Below are positions 22,501 to 31,878 of a stretch of 32,000 bases of DNA, piece after piece. Source of the DNA: Acutalibacteraceae bacterium (GTDB taxonomy: Bacteria > Bacillota > Clostridia > Oscillospirales > Acutalibacteraceae). The stretch's first letter is position 1. Every line of letters begins with the position of its first letter. The notes under the pieces are model-generated. The model saw nothing but the letters and a program-made list of their open reading frames with translations. It had not been told where the DNA came from and searched no databases. Made by a program: the position numbers and the translations under genes. The stretch is taken from NCBI GenBank assembly GCA_045631965.1, contig JAZQVR010000003.1:55031-87030 (forward strand). The letters run 5' to 3'.

Positions 22501-22826
22501 GGGTTGAACCGATTTTTACAAAGCTCGGCAGAGAAGTTACGCTGACTGACGGCGATAAAACAGAGAGCGGAAAAGCTCTCATTCAGCCGTTGAGATATAA
22601 GAACAAGATGTACCTTGACGGCGTATATACCGAAATCGGCTTCAACAGCCAGGGCAGATATCTTTATATAGGACCTCCTGTACCTGATCTCACTCTTGTG
22701 AGCGATACGGCAACGCTTTCTTCGGGCGGTACAAGCTACCGTATTGACCGCGCCGAAAGAGTTTACAACGGCAGTGAAGTGTTTTATATCTGGGCGATAA
22801 TACGTACAATAGTGGAAGGAGAATGA
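22497..22826 (+). CDS. Head-closure / head-tail joining-like protein (109 aa)
   Basis: ATGA overlap with the upstream gene. Small and probably beta-rich. The C-terminal segment GGTSYRIDRAERVYNGSEVFYIWAIIR resembles head-tail joining proteins. Confidence 0.45.
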   Translation: MRVEPIFTKLGREVTLTDGDKTESGKALIQPLRYKNKMYLDGVYTEIGFNSQGRYLYIGPPVPDLTLVSDTATLSSGGTSYRIDRAERVYNGSEVFYIWAIIRTIVEGE

Positions 22827-22827
22827 T

Positions 22828-23673
22828 ATGGCAGATTCAATAAGCTCTATGCCCAAGGAAATATCCGAATGGCTGAGCAAACAGACAAAGATTTTCGGCG
22901 ACATAAAATTTCTTACGGAGTTTCCGCCTCGGCCAAAGGCGACACCGCTCAGGCAGACCATAGTTTCCGTAGGTCTCGAAAATGTCAAGATTACGGACTT
23001 TTTTACCGAAAACAACGAAGGTGAATTAGTGCCTGAAGAATATTGCAGATTGGCAGAAATCAAGGTGCGCTTTTCGGTCTATGTTCCGTACTCCGCAGGC
23101 GGTACGGCTTGCCACGAGGCCTTCACGAAAATTGTTGACTGCCTTAACTTTAAAAGTGATCTCAATCTTAAAGAATCAGGCTGTGAAGCGATAGAAGCCG
23201 ACAGAGATGCCGAAGCTTTTGTTATGAAAAGCTGGGTTATAGTTGAAGCGAAATTCTGCCCCGAATCTTCAAGTGCCGTGCAGTATGAGGCGTTTATGCC
23301 AAAGACTTTTTTCTGCGGCTCGCATATAAATGACAGCTCAAAGCACGTAACTGCCGAAGAAAAGGAATCGTGGGGACTTAAGCCTGTAATAGGTGCATAT
23401 TTCGGTACGGGTGAATATGAGCAGAGCATACGCGTCGGCTTCAAGCCGAGTTTCGTTATAATTTGCAGAGCCACCGGGCCGGCTATGGGCACTGACGGAA
23501 ACGGTACGCTTAACAGCTATATCGGCATGGCAAACCATACTTTTGCAAGTACAGGTCTGAAAGTAACGTCGACGGGCTTCAAGGTGTTTCACAGCTCTTC
23601 GCTCGACTATGAAAACACATCAACTCAGCTCAATGCCTTTGGCGAAGACTATGTGTATATAGTATTCAGATAA
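22828..23673 (+). CDS. Two-domain neck/tail-adaptor-like protein (281 aa), last gene of the module
   Basis: The start lies 1 nt after the upstream stop. The N-terminal ~140 aa occupy the position of a third connector gene. The C-terminal ~140 aa (SHINDSSKHVTAEEKESW...YFGTGEYEQSIRVGFKPSFVIIC) form an unrecognised extension. Confidence 0.4.
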   Translation: MADSISSMPKEISEWLSKQTKIFGDIKFLTEFPPRPKATPLRQTIVSVGLENVKITDFFTENNEGELVPEEYCRLAEIKVRFSVYVPYSAGGTACHEAFTKIVDCLNFKSDLNLKESGCEAIEADRDAEAFVMKSWVIVEAKFCPESSSAVQYEAFMPKTFFCGSHINDSSKHVTAEEKESWGLKPVIGAYFGTGEYEQSIRVGFKPSFVIICRATGPAMGTDGNGTLNSYIGMANHTFASTGLKVTSTGFKVFHSSSLDYENTSTQLNAFGEDYVYIVFR

Positions 23674-23700
23674 AAATTTATATAAAAAGTCCTCTTTTTA

Positions 23701-23729
23701 TTGATTTTTCTTTTTGTGTGCGTTATACT
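23701..23729 (+). promoter_or_regulatory. Promoter of the DapA-family gene
   Basis: TTGATT (23701-23706), 17-nt spacer, TATACT (23724-23729). Confidence 0.5.
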
Positions 23730-23761
23730 GAAGAAAAAATAATGAACAAGAGGGCTTTATT

Positions 23762-24670
23762 ATGTCAAAAGAATTCAATAACCGTGGCGTATATTCACTC
23801 ATCCTCACACCGTTTAATGAGGATCGTTCAATTAACTTCAACACATACGAAAAGTATGTTGAATGGCAGGCACGTCAGGGTGCCGACCATCTTTTTGCCT
23901 GCTGCGGCAGCTCCGAAATGATGGAGCTTACACTTGACGAGAGAGAGAAGCTTGCAAAGATTGCTGTTGAAAGAGCAGGCGGTATGTCTGTTGTTGCAAC
24001 TGCTAACCTCGAGCCTACATGGCACGGTCAGCTCGAAGAGCTCAAGCGTATGGAGCAGACAGGTGTTGACGGCCTTGTTTTCGTTTCAAAGGGTTATTGC
24101 GGCGATAATGACCGTCTCTTTACATATCTTTCAGAGCTCAGTACTCACACAACTCTTCCCATCGTTCTTTACGAGTTCCCGGGTCTTCGTCCTCACCTTA
24201 TGGATGCTTCCGTTTACGGCAAGCTTGTCGAAACAGGCAGATTCGTAGGTATCAAGGACACAACCTGCAAGATTGAAACAATCAAGGAAAAGATTGCCGT
24301 TCAGGGCGATTCAGCAGTGCTTCAGGCAAATATTCCTTACCTTATGGAAGCATACGAAGCAGGTGCACGCGGTGTTGTTGCAACACCCACAAGCTGCGGT
24401 GCATATCTGTTTGCAAAGATGTACGACGAGTTCTTTGTACAGAACGACCGCGAGGCAGCAAACCTTACACATCAGCAGATTTGCCTTCTTGATAACTGCA
24501 TCGATTCAGGCTTCTGTGCATCAGCAAAGTACCTTGTAAGCCTTTGCGGTATTGATGATTTCAACTGGTACACAAGAGGCTCACACGAGCTCAGTCCTTG
24601 CCGTCTCAAGTCCATCCGTACATTCTTCGAGTGGGCAAAGGCAACAGGTCTCAAATTCTACAACGACTGA
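23762..24670 (+). CDS. Dihydrodipicolinate synthase / N-acetylneuraminate lyase family (class I aldolase) protein
   Basis: Family-typical segments PFNEDRSINF, a GSSEM segment in place of the usual GTTGE, PIVLYEFPG, and the Schiff-base lysine context VGIKDTT. Confidence 0.75.
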   Translation: MSKEFNNRGVYSLILTPFNEDRSINFNTYEKYVEWQARQGADHLFACCGSSEMMELTLDEREKLAKIAVERAGGMSVVATANLEPTWHGQLEELKRMEQTGVDGLVFVSKGYCGDNDRLFTYLSELSTHTTLPIVLYEFPGLRPHLMDASVYGKLVETGRFVGIKDTTCKIETIKEKIAVQGDSAVLQANIPYLMEAYEAGARGVVATPTSCGAYLFAKMYDEFFVQNDREAANLTHQQICLLDNCIDSGFCASAKYLVSLCGIDDFNWYTRGSHELSPCRLKSIRTFFEWAKATGLKFYND

Positions 24671-24688
24671 TAAAGGCAGGTTTTTACA

Positions 24689-25228
24689 ATGGCCGAAAGC
24701 AAAAACTTCTCAACAGCACGCAAGGGTTACAATACCGCCGAGGTTGATGAGTATGTAGCTTCATCCGAAAGAGTTAACGCAGAGCTTCGCGAAAGCTATG
24801 CCGGGCTTCAGGCAAAGTACGACAGCCTTTTTGAAGAAAACGGCAAGCTCATCAAAGAGCGTGAGCAGCTTCGTCAGGGCTGCAAGACTATGGCTACGGC
24901 TCTCAAACAGCTTCGCGAAAACGCAGGCGAAGACTACAAGACAAAATATGAAGAGGCTATAGTTCAGCTTGAGGAGCTTAAGGCTCAGAAAGCAGATGCT
25001 CCTGCCGCTGTCGAGTCTGTATCGGCTTCGCAGATGATTGAAGAGGTAGCTCAGGTTGTAAAACGTGTCGAAAGCGATGCACGCCGTAAGGCAGAGGCTG
25101 TTACTGCGGCTGCAAAGCTTGAGCAGACTCAGGCTCAGCTTATCCGCTCGAGAGTAAATGATGAGGTCAAGAGCCTTATTCAGATGCTTGAGGGTTTTCT
25201 TGAGGAGCATGAAGAAACCGAAGAATAA
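24689..25228 (+). CDS. DivIVA-domain protein
   Basis: N-terminal segment FSTARKGYNTAEVDEYV followed by a long coiled coil. Confidence 0.8.
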   Translation: MAESKNFSTARKGYNTAEVDEYVASSERVNAELRESYAGLQAKYDSLFEENGKLIKEREQLRQGCKTMATALKQLRENAGEDYKTKYEEAIVQLEELKAQKADAPAAVESVSASQMIEEVAQVVKRVESDARRKAEAVTAAAKLEQTQAQLIRSRVNDEVKSLIQMLEGFLEEHEETEE

Positions 25229-25234
25229 AAAACC

Positions 25235-25266
25235 AACAGGCGTACTTTTTTGTACGCCTGTTTTTA
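25235..25266 (+). terminator. Rho-independent terminator
   Basis: Stem AACAGGCGTAC/GTACGCCTGTT, TTTTTT loop, and a trailing T-run. Confidence 0.85.
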
Positions 25267-25287
25267 ACAGTAAAGGAAATAACCGCT

Positions 25288-25956
25288 ATGAGAATGAGAA
25301 AGAAAAAATATCTTGATGAGCGTCTTGCGGAATGCGACAATATCATCAAGCTTTTCAGTGATGACCGCAATTTCCTCACGGCAATCGAAAAGAAAGAGTA
25401 TATTGATACCGAGGCCCTTTTCGGCAACAACAACCCTGTTGTCCTTGAGGTAGGTTGCGGTAAGGGTAAATTTGCCTGCGAGCTCGCAAAGCAGAATCCC
25501 GACATCAACATACTTGCTATGGAAAAGGTCGCAAACGTAATTGTTGCGGCAAGTGAAAATGCAAAGCGTGAAGGGCTTACAAACGTAATTTTCCTTCACG
25601 GCGGTGCGGAATATCTTGAAAAATTCATAAAGCCCGAATCAATCGAGCGTATTTATCTCAACTTTTCCTGCCCCTATCCCAAAAAATCATACGCTAACCA
25701 CAGGCTGACTAATGCTCGCTTTTTGAAGAGCTATGAGGTTATACTCAAAAAAGGTGCGGAGATTCATCAGAAGACAGATAATATGCACTTTTTTGAGTAT
25801 TCTATAGAGCAGTTTACGGGTTGCGGCTTCAGCCTCAAAAACGTTTCGCTCGACCTTCATAACAGCGATTTTGAGGGCAATATAGAAACCGAGTACGAGC
25901 ACAGATTTGCTTCGCAGGGAATGCCTATTTACAGGCTTGAAGCATACCTGAAATAA
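25288..25956 (+). CDS. trmB: tRNA (guanine46-N7)-methyltransferase
   Basis: SAM-binding motif LEVGCGKGKF, followed by NILAMEK, IYLNFSCPYPKK and HRL segments typical of TrmB. Confidence 0.85.
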   Translation: MRMRKKKYLDERLAECDNIIKLFSDDRNFLTAIEKKEYIDTEALFGNNNPVVLEVGCGKGKFACELAKQNPDINILAMEKVANVIVAASENAKREGLTNVIFLHGGAEYLEKFIKPESIERIYLNFSCPYPKKSYANHRLTNARFLKSYEVILKKGAEIHQKTDNMHFFEYSIEQFTGCGFSLKNVSLDLHNSDFEGNIETEYEHRFASQGMPIYRLEAYLK

Positions 25957-25979
25957 TTTTACGAAAGGGCGGCAAGAAA

Positions 25980-26624
25980 ATGAAAAAATGTTATATTGTC
26001 GGTGGCGGTAATTTCTTTGCAGATGTATTTCGTCCCGATGAAAAAGCTGTAATAATTGCCGCTGATGCAGGCTATAAAGCACTTGTCGATATCGGAATCA
26101 CACCGCACATTGTTGTGGGTGATTTTGATTCGCTCGGCTATACTCCCGACCATCCCGAAACAGAGGTGCACTCGCCGATTAAAGACGATACGGATATGAT
26201 GCTTGCCGTTGAAAAGGGTATTGAACTCGGCTGTGATGAGTTTTATATTTACGGTGCAACAGGCGGCAGGCTTGCCCATACTATGGGTAATATGCAGGTG
26301 CTTTGTTATCTTGCAGAAAAAGGCTTTGCAGGCTATATTTTCGACCGCGATACCGTAATTACCGCCGTGAATAACCGTACGCTTTTGTTTGATAAAAATG
26401 CGAGCGGTTATATTTCTCTTGTGCCTTTCGGCTGTGACAAAGCAAATGTAACGCTTACAGGCTTTAAATACGAGGTTGCGGCTTGCGATTTGCCGTATGG
26501 CAGACCGCTTGGTATCAGTAATGAATTTACCGGTAAATCGGCAAGGCTGACGGTGCACAGCGGCACAGTTGTTGCAGTATGGGAAAATACCGATGTTATG
26601 CCCGTAAAAGAGGTGTCGGAATGA
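25980..26624 (+). CDS. thiN: Thiamine diphosphokinase
   Basis: Motifs IVGGG, IAADAG, VGDFDS, KDDTD and GATGGRLAH. Confidence 0.85.
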   Translation: MKKCYIVGGGNFFADVFRPDEKAVIIAADAGYKALVDIGITPHIVVGDFDSLGYTPDHPETEVHSPIKDDTDMMLAVEKGIELGCDEFYIYGATGGRLAHTMGNMQVLCYLAEKGFAGYIFDRDTVITAVNNRTLLFDKNASGYISLVPFGCDKANVTLTGFKYEVAACDLPYGRPLGISNEFTGKSARLTVHSGTVVAVWENTDVMPVKEVSE

Positions 26625-27277
26625 AAATAAGCGGTGCAATTTTCGACCTCGATGGCACTCTCATAGATTCAATGTCAATATGGGATGATATAGCCTATAA
26701 TTTCCTTGTTTCACAGGGTGTTATCCCGAAGCCCGACCTAAGAGAAAAGGTTGCGACTATGTATCTCAACGAATCCGCACAGTATCTTGTTGACGAATAT
26801 TCGCTTGACTGTACACCGCAGGATTTTAAAGATTATACGGAGAAAATAATTGAAGATTTTTATGTGCGTACAGTACCTCCGAAGCGTGACATTGTTGAGT
26901 TTTTGCACAAGCTAAAGGCAAACGGCGTGAAGATGTGTGTTGCAACCGCAACCGAGCGTAAGCTTGCTGTGCCTGCACTTGAGCACAACGGTATGCTCGG
27001 CTTTTTTGATGCGATTTTCTCCTGTGCCGAAATAGGTATAAGCAAGCAAAGCCCCGAAATATTCGATACGGCACTTGAATTTCTCGGCACTCCGAAAGAT
27101 GAAACCTTTGTTTTTGAGGATTCGTATCACGCTGTTGCAACAGCCGCAAAAGCAGGCTACAATGTGATAGCAATAGCTGACAAATCGGCGAGCAAAGATG
27201 AAGAGAAAATCAGAAAGCTCAGCGTGAAATTCATAGAAAATTACGCCGAGCTTGAAAAATATTTTGATATTGAATAA
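26621..27277 (+). CDS. HAD-superfamily hydrolase (subfamily IA phosphatase-like)
   Basis: Motif I FDLDGTLIDS directly after the ATG at 26621 (ATGA overlap with the thiN stop). Also VATAT and a late FEDS acidic motif. Confidence 0.85.
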   Translation: MKISGAIFDLDGTLIDSMSIWDDIAYNFLVSQGVIPKPDLREKVATMYLNESAQYLVDEYSLDCTPQDFKDYTEKIIEDFYVRTVPPKRDIVEFLHKLKANGVKMCVATATERKLAVPALEHNGMLGFFDAIFSCAEIGISKQSPEIFDTALEFLGTPKDETFVFEDSYHAVATAAKAGYNVIAIADKSASKDEEKIRKLSVKFIENYAELEKYFDIE

Positions 27278-27280
27278 GTA

Positions 27281-27316
27281 AAAGCGAGAGCAGATAATTC
27301 TGCTTTCGCTTTTTGT
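27281..27316 (+). terminator. Rho-independent terminator, possibly bidirectional
   Basis: Stem AAGCGAGAGCAG/CTGCTTTCGCTT with one wobble, followed by TTTTG. Confidence 0.75.
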
Positions 27317-27415
27317 TATAAGGCGATGGGTTAAAAAGCAGTCCTTACTTTCGCATCACCGTAAATCGTTTCATCCCTCTCTTAATAATAGGGGAGAGAT
27401 ACACAGTAACAATTA

Positions 27416-28804
27416 TTATTCTTTCCAAAGCAAAATATCCGACATAATAATGTCGCTGTCATGATAATCATCAGTATATCCTACATCTTCTCCCAATATC
27501 GCAACGATCTTGATATACTCTGCACCCGATATATCACTCTCAAAAGAAAATATATCGGTTTTTCTGGCAACTATCGGAGATGTGTATACCAGTTTGTCAT
27601 CTGCATATATCTGGATATACGCCATACCACTTATTCTCATATTGGTGTACGGTGATATATTGCCTGTAAGAGTAGAATAATCACCATATACTCTCCATTC
27701 AGCAAAGATGGTTTTGTTGTTTTCACCTTGGAGAATTGCATAGTTTATAGAATTAGAATAATTATTCCCAAAAGGATCTGTGGGTGCACCTTGGTTCCAT
27801 TCCCAACCACCATTGATAGGGGTAAGATTTGTAATCGAAACCGGAGATTTTTCTTCAATTTCAGTCAACTTATCACTCAAAGTACTGTTGTTAGGAAGCA
27901 GTTTGATTGCTTCATTAATCAGCTTTTTAGCAGAGCTGTAGTTGCGTTCGGACATCAAGACATCTGCTTGATTCACTGTTTTGGAAACGAAATCATTTAC
28001 TGTTGATATTTTAAGATTTCTGAAGTATTCGTTGTCATCGAAAATCACTGCTTCATTGATTATATCGAACACCTCTGACCATTTTTCGTTTGCTTTCAGT
28101 TCGCTAACCTTGTTTGTAACCTCAGTTTTATAGGATGCAAGAATTTCTTCCTTGATCGTGTCAAGTTCTGTTGTATCAACGCTGTCGGGTAATATATCAT
28201 AAGCGGTGTTTATTACCTGTACGGCTAAATCGAAGTTTTTCTCTGCAATGTATTGGCTTGCTGAATTAACGGTTGAGCTGATATAATCCGTATAGAGCTT
28301 GTTGAGTTCAGCCAGTGCGGCTTGATAGTGCTTGCTGTCACTGCTTATCTTTAAGTATTCGGTGATGGCGTTTTCGTAATCATTTTTGGCCTGAAGCTTT
28401 TGTGCGTTTGAAAAAGCTTCGTCGGCCTTATGTATTTCAGTCAGCTTATCTGTGTACTGACCTGCACTTGAAAAGCCCATTTCTTTCATAACTTCCAGTG
28501 CTTCGCTTGCGGTCTGATAATCTGTTTCGCCTTTTTCAAACTGCTCGAAAATTGTTTGGTCATATCCGCTTAGCTTTTTTGTTAATATCAACTTGTGCAA
28601 ATCGTTTCTTCTTACTTCGCTTTTGTATAGCCTTTCTGCTTTTTCAAATTCACCCTCTTTTACATACTCGCACACTTTGTTTGCAGGGCTTGTTATTATC
28701 GTTATGCCTACACCGCCTGCGAGAAGCACGGCGAGGCCCAACACGGCCGCAATGACGATAAGGGCGATTTTTTTGTTTTTGTTTCTGTCCTTTTGTTTTG
28801 ACAT
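27416..28804 (-). CDS. Membrane-anchored TPR-like repeat protein with a C-terminal beta-sandwich (NPCBM-like) domain
   Basis: N-terminal lysine-rich segment plus a TM helix. The helical repeat region has recurring Y/A/L patterns. The C-terminal ~140 aa are beta-rich (WEWNQG..., YGDYSTLTG). Domain names are tentative. Confidence 0.6.
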   Translation of the reverse strand: MSKQKDRNKNKKIALIVIAAVLGLAVLLAGGVGITIITSPANKVCEYVKEGEFEKAERLYKSEVRRNDLHKLILTKKLSGYDQTIFEQFEKGETDYQTASEALEVMKEMGFSSAGQYTDKLTEIHKADEAFSNAQKLQAKNDYENAITEYLKISSDSKHYQAALAELNKLYTDYISSTVNSASQYIAEKNFDLAVQVINTAYDILPDSVDTTELDTIKEEILASYKTEVTNKVSELKANEKWSEVFDIINEAVIFDDNEYFRNLKISTVNDFVSKTVNQADVLMSERNYSSAKKLINEAIKLLPNNSTLSDKLTEIEEKSPVSITNLTPINGGWEWNQGAPTDPFGNNYSNSINYAILQGENNKTIFAEWRVYGDYSTLTGNISPYTNMRISGMAYIQIYADDKLVYTSPIVARKTDIFSFESDISGAEYIKIVAILGEDVGYTDDYHDSDIIMSDILLWKE

Positions 28805-29112
28805 TGTTTTTTACCTCCTGATAAATAAAAAAGTGCGCAGCCGAAGCCACGCACCGAAAAGCGCATAGCTCAACTGTCGCCAAACAAAATTCCACTTCCT
28901 CAAAAAAAGAATACGTGAAAAAGAGCATATGCGTTTTTACCTGAAAATAAAAACACGTATCCTCTGAGGAAAAATATAGAATTTTGTTTGGCATCTCTTA
29001 TTTTATCATTTTTTTGCCCGAAAATCAATAAACAAGCAAAATTTTAACTTGTCTTGAATTGATGTCGGTAAAGTGTTATTCTTAAACCAACAGATTTTTT
29101 TCAGATAGGGAA

Positions 29113-30090
29113 ATGGTTATGAGCACAAAAACAGATATTTTTATAAAAGACAGGGCAGACCCTTACGTAACAAAGGGCAGTGACGGCTTTTATTACTTTA
29201 CGGCCTCATATCCGATGTACGGCAAGGATGACCCTGAAGGATATGACCGCATAATTCTGCGCAGAGCCGAAAGCATAGATGAGTTGGCTTCTGCGGAAGA
29301 AAAGGTTATATGGGATGAAAAAGGCAGTGAAACAGCTCACCGTTTTATATGGGCACCCGAAATACACGAGATAGGCGGCAGGTGGTATGTGCTTTTTGCC
29401 GCAAGCGGCAGTGCCGACAATGTGTGGGACATAAACTGTCACTGCATTGCGTGTAAAGGTAGTGACCCTTACAATGATGAATGGGAAGACAAAGGCAAAT
29501 TTACTGCTCCGGACGATTTTTCTTTTACGCGTTTTTCGCTTGATATGACTCATTTTGAGTGTAACGGTAAGCACTATGTTGCCTGGGCACAGCACGGCGG
29601 TAATTCGAACGTTTATATAGCGACTGTTGACCCGAATGAGCCGTGGAAAACAACCTGCCCTGCGGTGCTTCTCACAAAGCCCGAGTATGATTGGGAGAGA
29701 GTAAATATTCCCGTCAACGAAGGCCCTGCGTTTATGCGACACGGCGGCAGAGTTTTTATGGCTTTTTCCGCTTCGGCAACAGGACCCGAATACTGCATAG
29801 GTCTGATGTATGCAGATGAAAATGCCGACCTGACCGACCCCGCCGTATGGACAAAGCTGAGTGAGCCTTTGCTTACTTCCGATGACCTTGTCGGCGAGTA
29901 CGGCCCGGGTCACAACAGCTTTGTAAAAGATGAAAAAGGCGACTGGGTATTTGTTTACCACAGCCGCGATGAGAAGTGCTTTGACGGCAAATGCGGATAT
30001 TCGGATTGCGATCCGCTTTACGACCCTTGCCGCAGTGCAAGAAAAAGAAAAGTGATGTGGGATAAAAACTTGCCCATACTTAACGGGTAA
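29113..30090 (+). CDS. Glycoside hydrolase family 43 (arabinofuranosidase/xylosidase-like)
   Basis: Segments RADPYVTKGSDGFYYFTAS, FIWAPEIHEIGGRWYVLFAAS, NEGPAFM and GPGHNSF are typical of a GH43 five-bladed propeller. Confidence 0.8.
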   Translation: MVMSTKTDIFIKDRADPYVTKGSDGFYYFTASYPMYGKDDPEGYDRIILRRAESIDELASAEEKVIWDEKGSETAHRFIWAPEIHEIGGRWYVLFAASGSADNVWDINCHCIACKGSDPYNDEWEDKGKFTAPDDFSFTRFSLDMTHFECNGKHYVAWAQHGGNSNVYIATVDPNEPWKTTCPAVLLTKPEYDWERVNIPVNEGPAFMRHGGRVFMAFSASATGPEYCIGLMYADENADLTDPAVWTKLSEPLLTSDDLVGEYGPGHNSFVKDEKGDWVFVYHSRDEKCFDGKCGYSDCDPLYDPCRSARKRKVMWDKNLPILNG

Positions 30091-31878
30091 TTATTCTACC
30101 GTTACTGATTTTGCGAGGTTTCTCGGCTTGTCGATATCACAGCCTCTCAGCCTTGCAACGTGATAGCTGAGTAGTTGCAGAGGAATTATCTGCGTGCTGA
30201 CGCTCATCATAGGATGAGGTGCATCGGCGGTCAGTATACAAATATCGGCCTTTGTTTCGTGAGTACAGGTTACAGCGATAACTTTTGCACCTCTTGCTTT
30301 CACTTCGTCAACATTGCTCTGCATTTTGGCATTAAGTCCGTTTGGTGCACATATCGCTATAACCTTTGTGCCGTGCTCTATGAGCGAAATTGTGCCGTGC
30401 TTCATTTCACCTGCAGCATAGGCTTCGGAGTGAATGTAGCTTATTTCCTTGAGCTTTAGCGATGCTTCTGCCGCAACTGCATAGCCAGAGCCTCTGCCGA
30501 TAAAATATGCGTGCTCGGTGTTGATGAATTCCGTGGCTGTTTCTCTGATTTGTTCTTCGCATCCGAGTGCATTTTTTATACTTGCATGCAGCTTGCCGAG
30601 TCCGTTTTTGAGGTCGGTGAGCTGTTTTTCTTCTGCAGTTTTCCATTTTTCGGCAAGAAAAATTGCGAGCATATAAAGTGCCGCAAGCTGAGCAGAATAG
30701 GCCTTTGTGGTTGCTACGGCAATCTCTGTGCCTGCCTTGGTGTATATTACGCTGTCGCTTTCTGTCGCAATACTGCTTTCGGGCACGTTTACAATTCCTG
30801 TTGTCGGCGCACCTCTCTTTTTTGCTTCACGCAGGGCGGCAAGACTGTCTGCCGTTTCGCCGCTCTGGCTGATTATTATGACAGGTGTTTTTTGGTTAAT
30901 AAGCGGCGAGCAGTAGCGGAATTCCGAAGCGACTTCAACAAAAACAGGTATGCCGAGCAGTTGCTCAAAACATGGCTTGCCTGCAAGACCTGCGTGGTAT
31001 GCCGAGCCGCACGCGACGATATAAATTCTGTCCGGTTTGTCGATTTCAACAGGCAGATTGAGTGTGCCGTTTTGCAGATAGCTGTCGACAGTGCGTTTTA
31101 CAGCATCTGGTTGCTCGTATATCTCTTTGAGCATATAGTGCTCGAATTCACCTTTTTCCGTGTGTGTGCAGCTGACGTAGAATTCGGATTTTTCTTTGTC
31201 GATTTTATTGAGATTGAAATCATAAAATTTCACACTGTCTTTCTTTACTGCGGCGATTTCACCGTCTGCCATTCTGTAAAGTATATCGGCTTTACTGCTG
31301 ATTGCCGAAATATCCGAGGCTATGCTCGCTTCTTCGCCGATTCCGATTAGCAACGGACTCGCTTTCCTTACGCAAAAAACGGTGTCAGGCTCATCCTCGC
31401 AAAGTATTGCCATGGCAAAAGAGCCTTCGAGCAGCTTGGCCGTGTGTGCAATCGCATCAAGGCAGTTGCCGCTGTAATGCCTGTTGATAAGATGCACCGC
31501 CGTTTCGGTATCGGTTTCGCTTCTGAAGTCACAGAGCTTGAGATATTTCTCTTTCAGCTCTTTGTGGTTTTCGATTATTCCGTTGTGAACAAGCGTGAAT
31601 TTGCCGCTTTGGTGGGGATGTGCATTTTCGTCGGTAGGCGCACCGTGAGTTGCCCACCTTGTGTGACCGATGCCGATTGTGCCGCTCATATCATCACGTT
31701 TTTTAAGCGCTGACGAGAGCGCGGCAATTCTGCCTCTTTTCTTTTCCTGTATTATATTTCCTTTGTTTATCACTGCAATTCCCGCTGAATCATATCCTCT
31801 GTATTCAAGCTTTTTCAGTCCGTCGATAAGGAAAGGTACCGCACTTGAAACACCGTTGTATCCTATAATTCCGCACAT
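30091..31878 (-). CDS. glmS: Glutamine--fructose-6-phosphate aminotransferase
   Basis: Ntn start MCGIIGY at 31878 with GAGGTGA upstream. Contains GHTRWATHG and SIS-domain motifs, and ends with the canonical KSVTVE. The track ORF start at 31932 is an upstream extension. Confidence 0.95.
   Translation of the reverse strand: MCGIIGYNGVSSAVPFLIDGLKKLEYRGYDSAGIAVINKGNIIQEKKRGRIAALSSALKKRDDMSGTIGIGHTRWATHGAPTDENAHPHQSGKFTLVHNGIIENHKELKEKYLKLCDFRSETDTETAVHLINRHYSGNCLDAIAHTAKLLEGSFAMAILCEDEPDTVFCVRKASPLLIGIGEEASIASDISAISSKADILYRMADGEIAAVKKDSVKFYDFNLNKIDKEKSEFYVSCTHTEKGEFEHYMLKEIYEQPDAVKRTVDSYLQNGTLNLPVEIDKPDRIYIVACGSAYHAGLAGKPCFEQLLGIPVFVEVASEFRYCSPLINQKTPVIIISQSGETADSLAALREAKKRGAPTTGIVNVPESSIATESDSVIYTKAGTEIAVATTKAYSAQLAALYMLAIFLAEKWKTAEEKQLTDLKNGLGKLHASIKNALGCEEQIRETATEFINTEHAYFIGRGSGYAVAAEASLKLKEISYIHSEAYAAGEMKHGTISLIEHGTKVIAICAPNGLNAKMQSNVDEVKARGAKVIAVTCTHETKADICILTADAPHPMMSVSTQIIPLQLLSYHVARLRGCDIDKPRNLAKSVTVE

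Noticed and set aside
22311-23063. 250-aa minus-strand ORF inside the head module
   Set aside because: It is antisense to three coupled plus-strand structural genes and has no Shine-Dalgarno. It is an artefact of the higher GC content.
17139-23673. The head module as an encapsulin or other non-viral nanocompartment locus
   Set aside because: Small and large terminase subunits, a portal and connector genes indicate a DNA-packaging capsid, not an encapsulin shell.
25959-26639. 226-aa minus-strand ORF
   Set aside because: It is antisense to the thiamine diphosphokinase gene, which carries clear family motifs.
30088-30093. Convergent GH43 and glmS stop codons abut with no intergenic spacer or terminator
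   Set aside because: This is real but probably just compact genome organisation. I saw no structure suggesting a regulatory role.
29206-31350. 251-aa and 279-aa ORFs antisense to the GH43 and glmS genes
   Set aside because: They are shadow ORFs opposite strongly supported genes.
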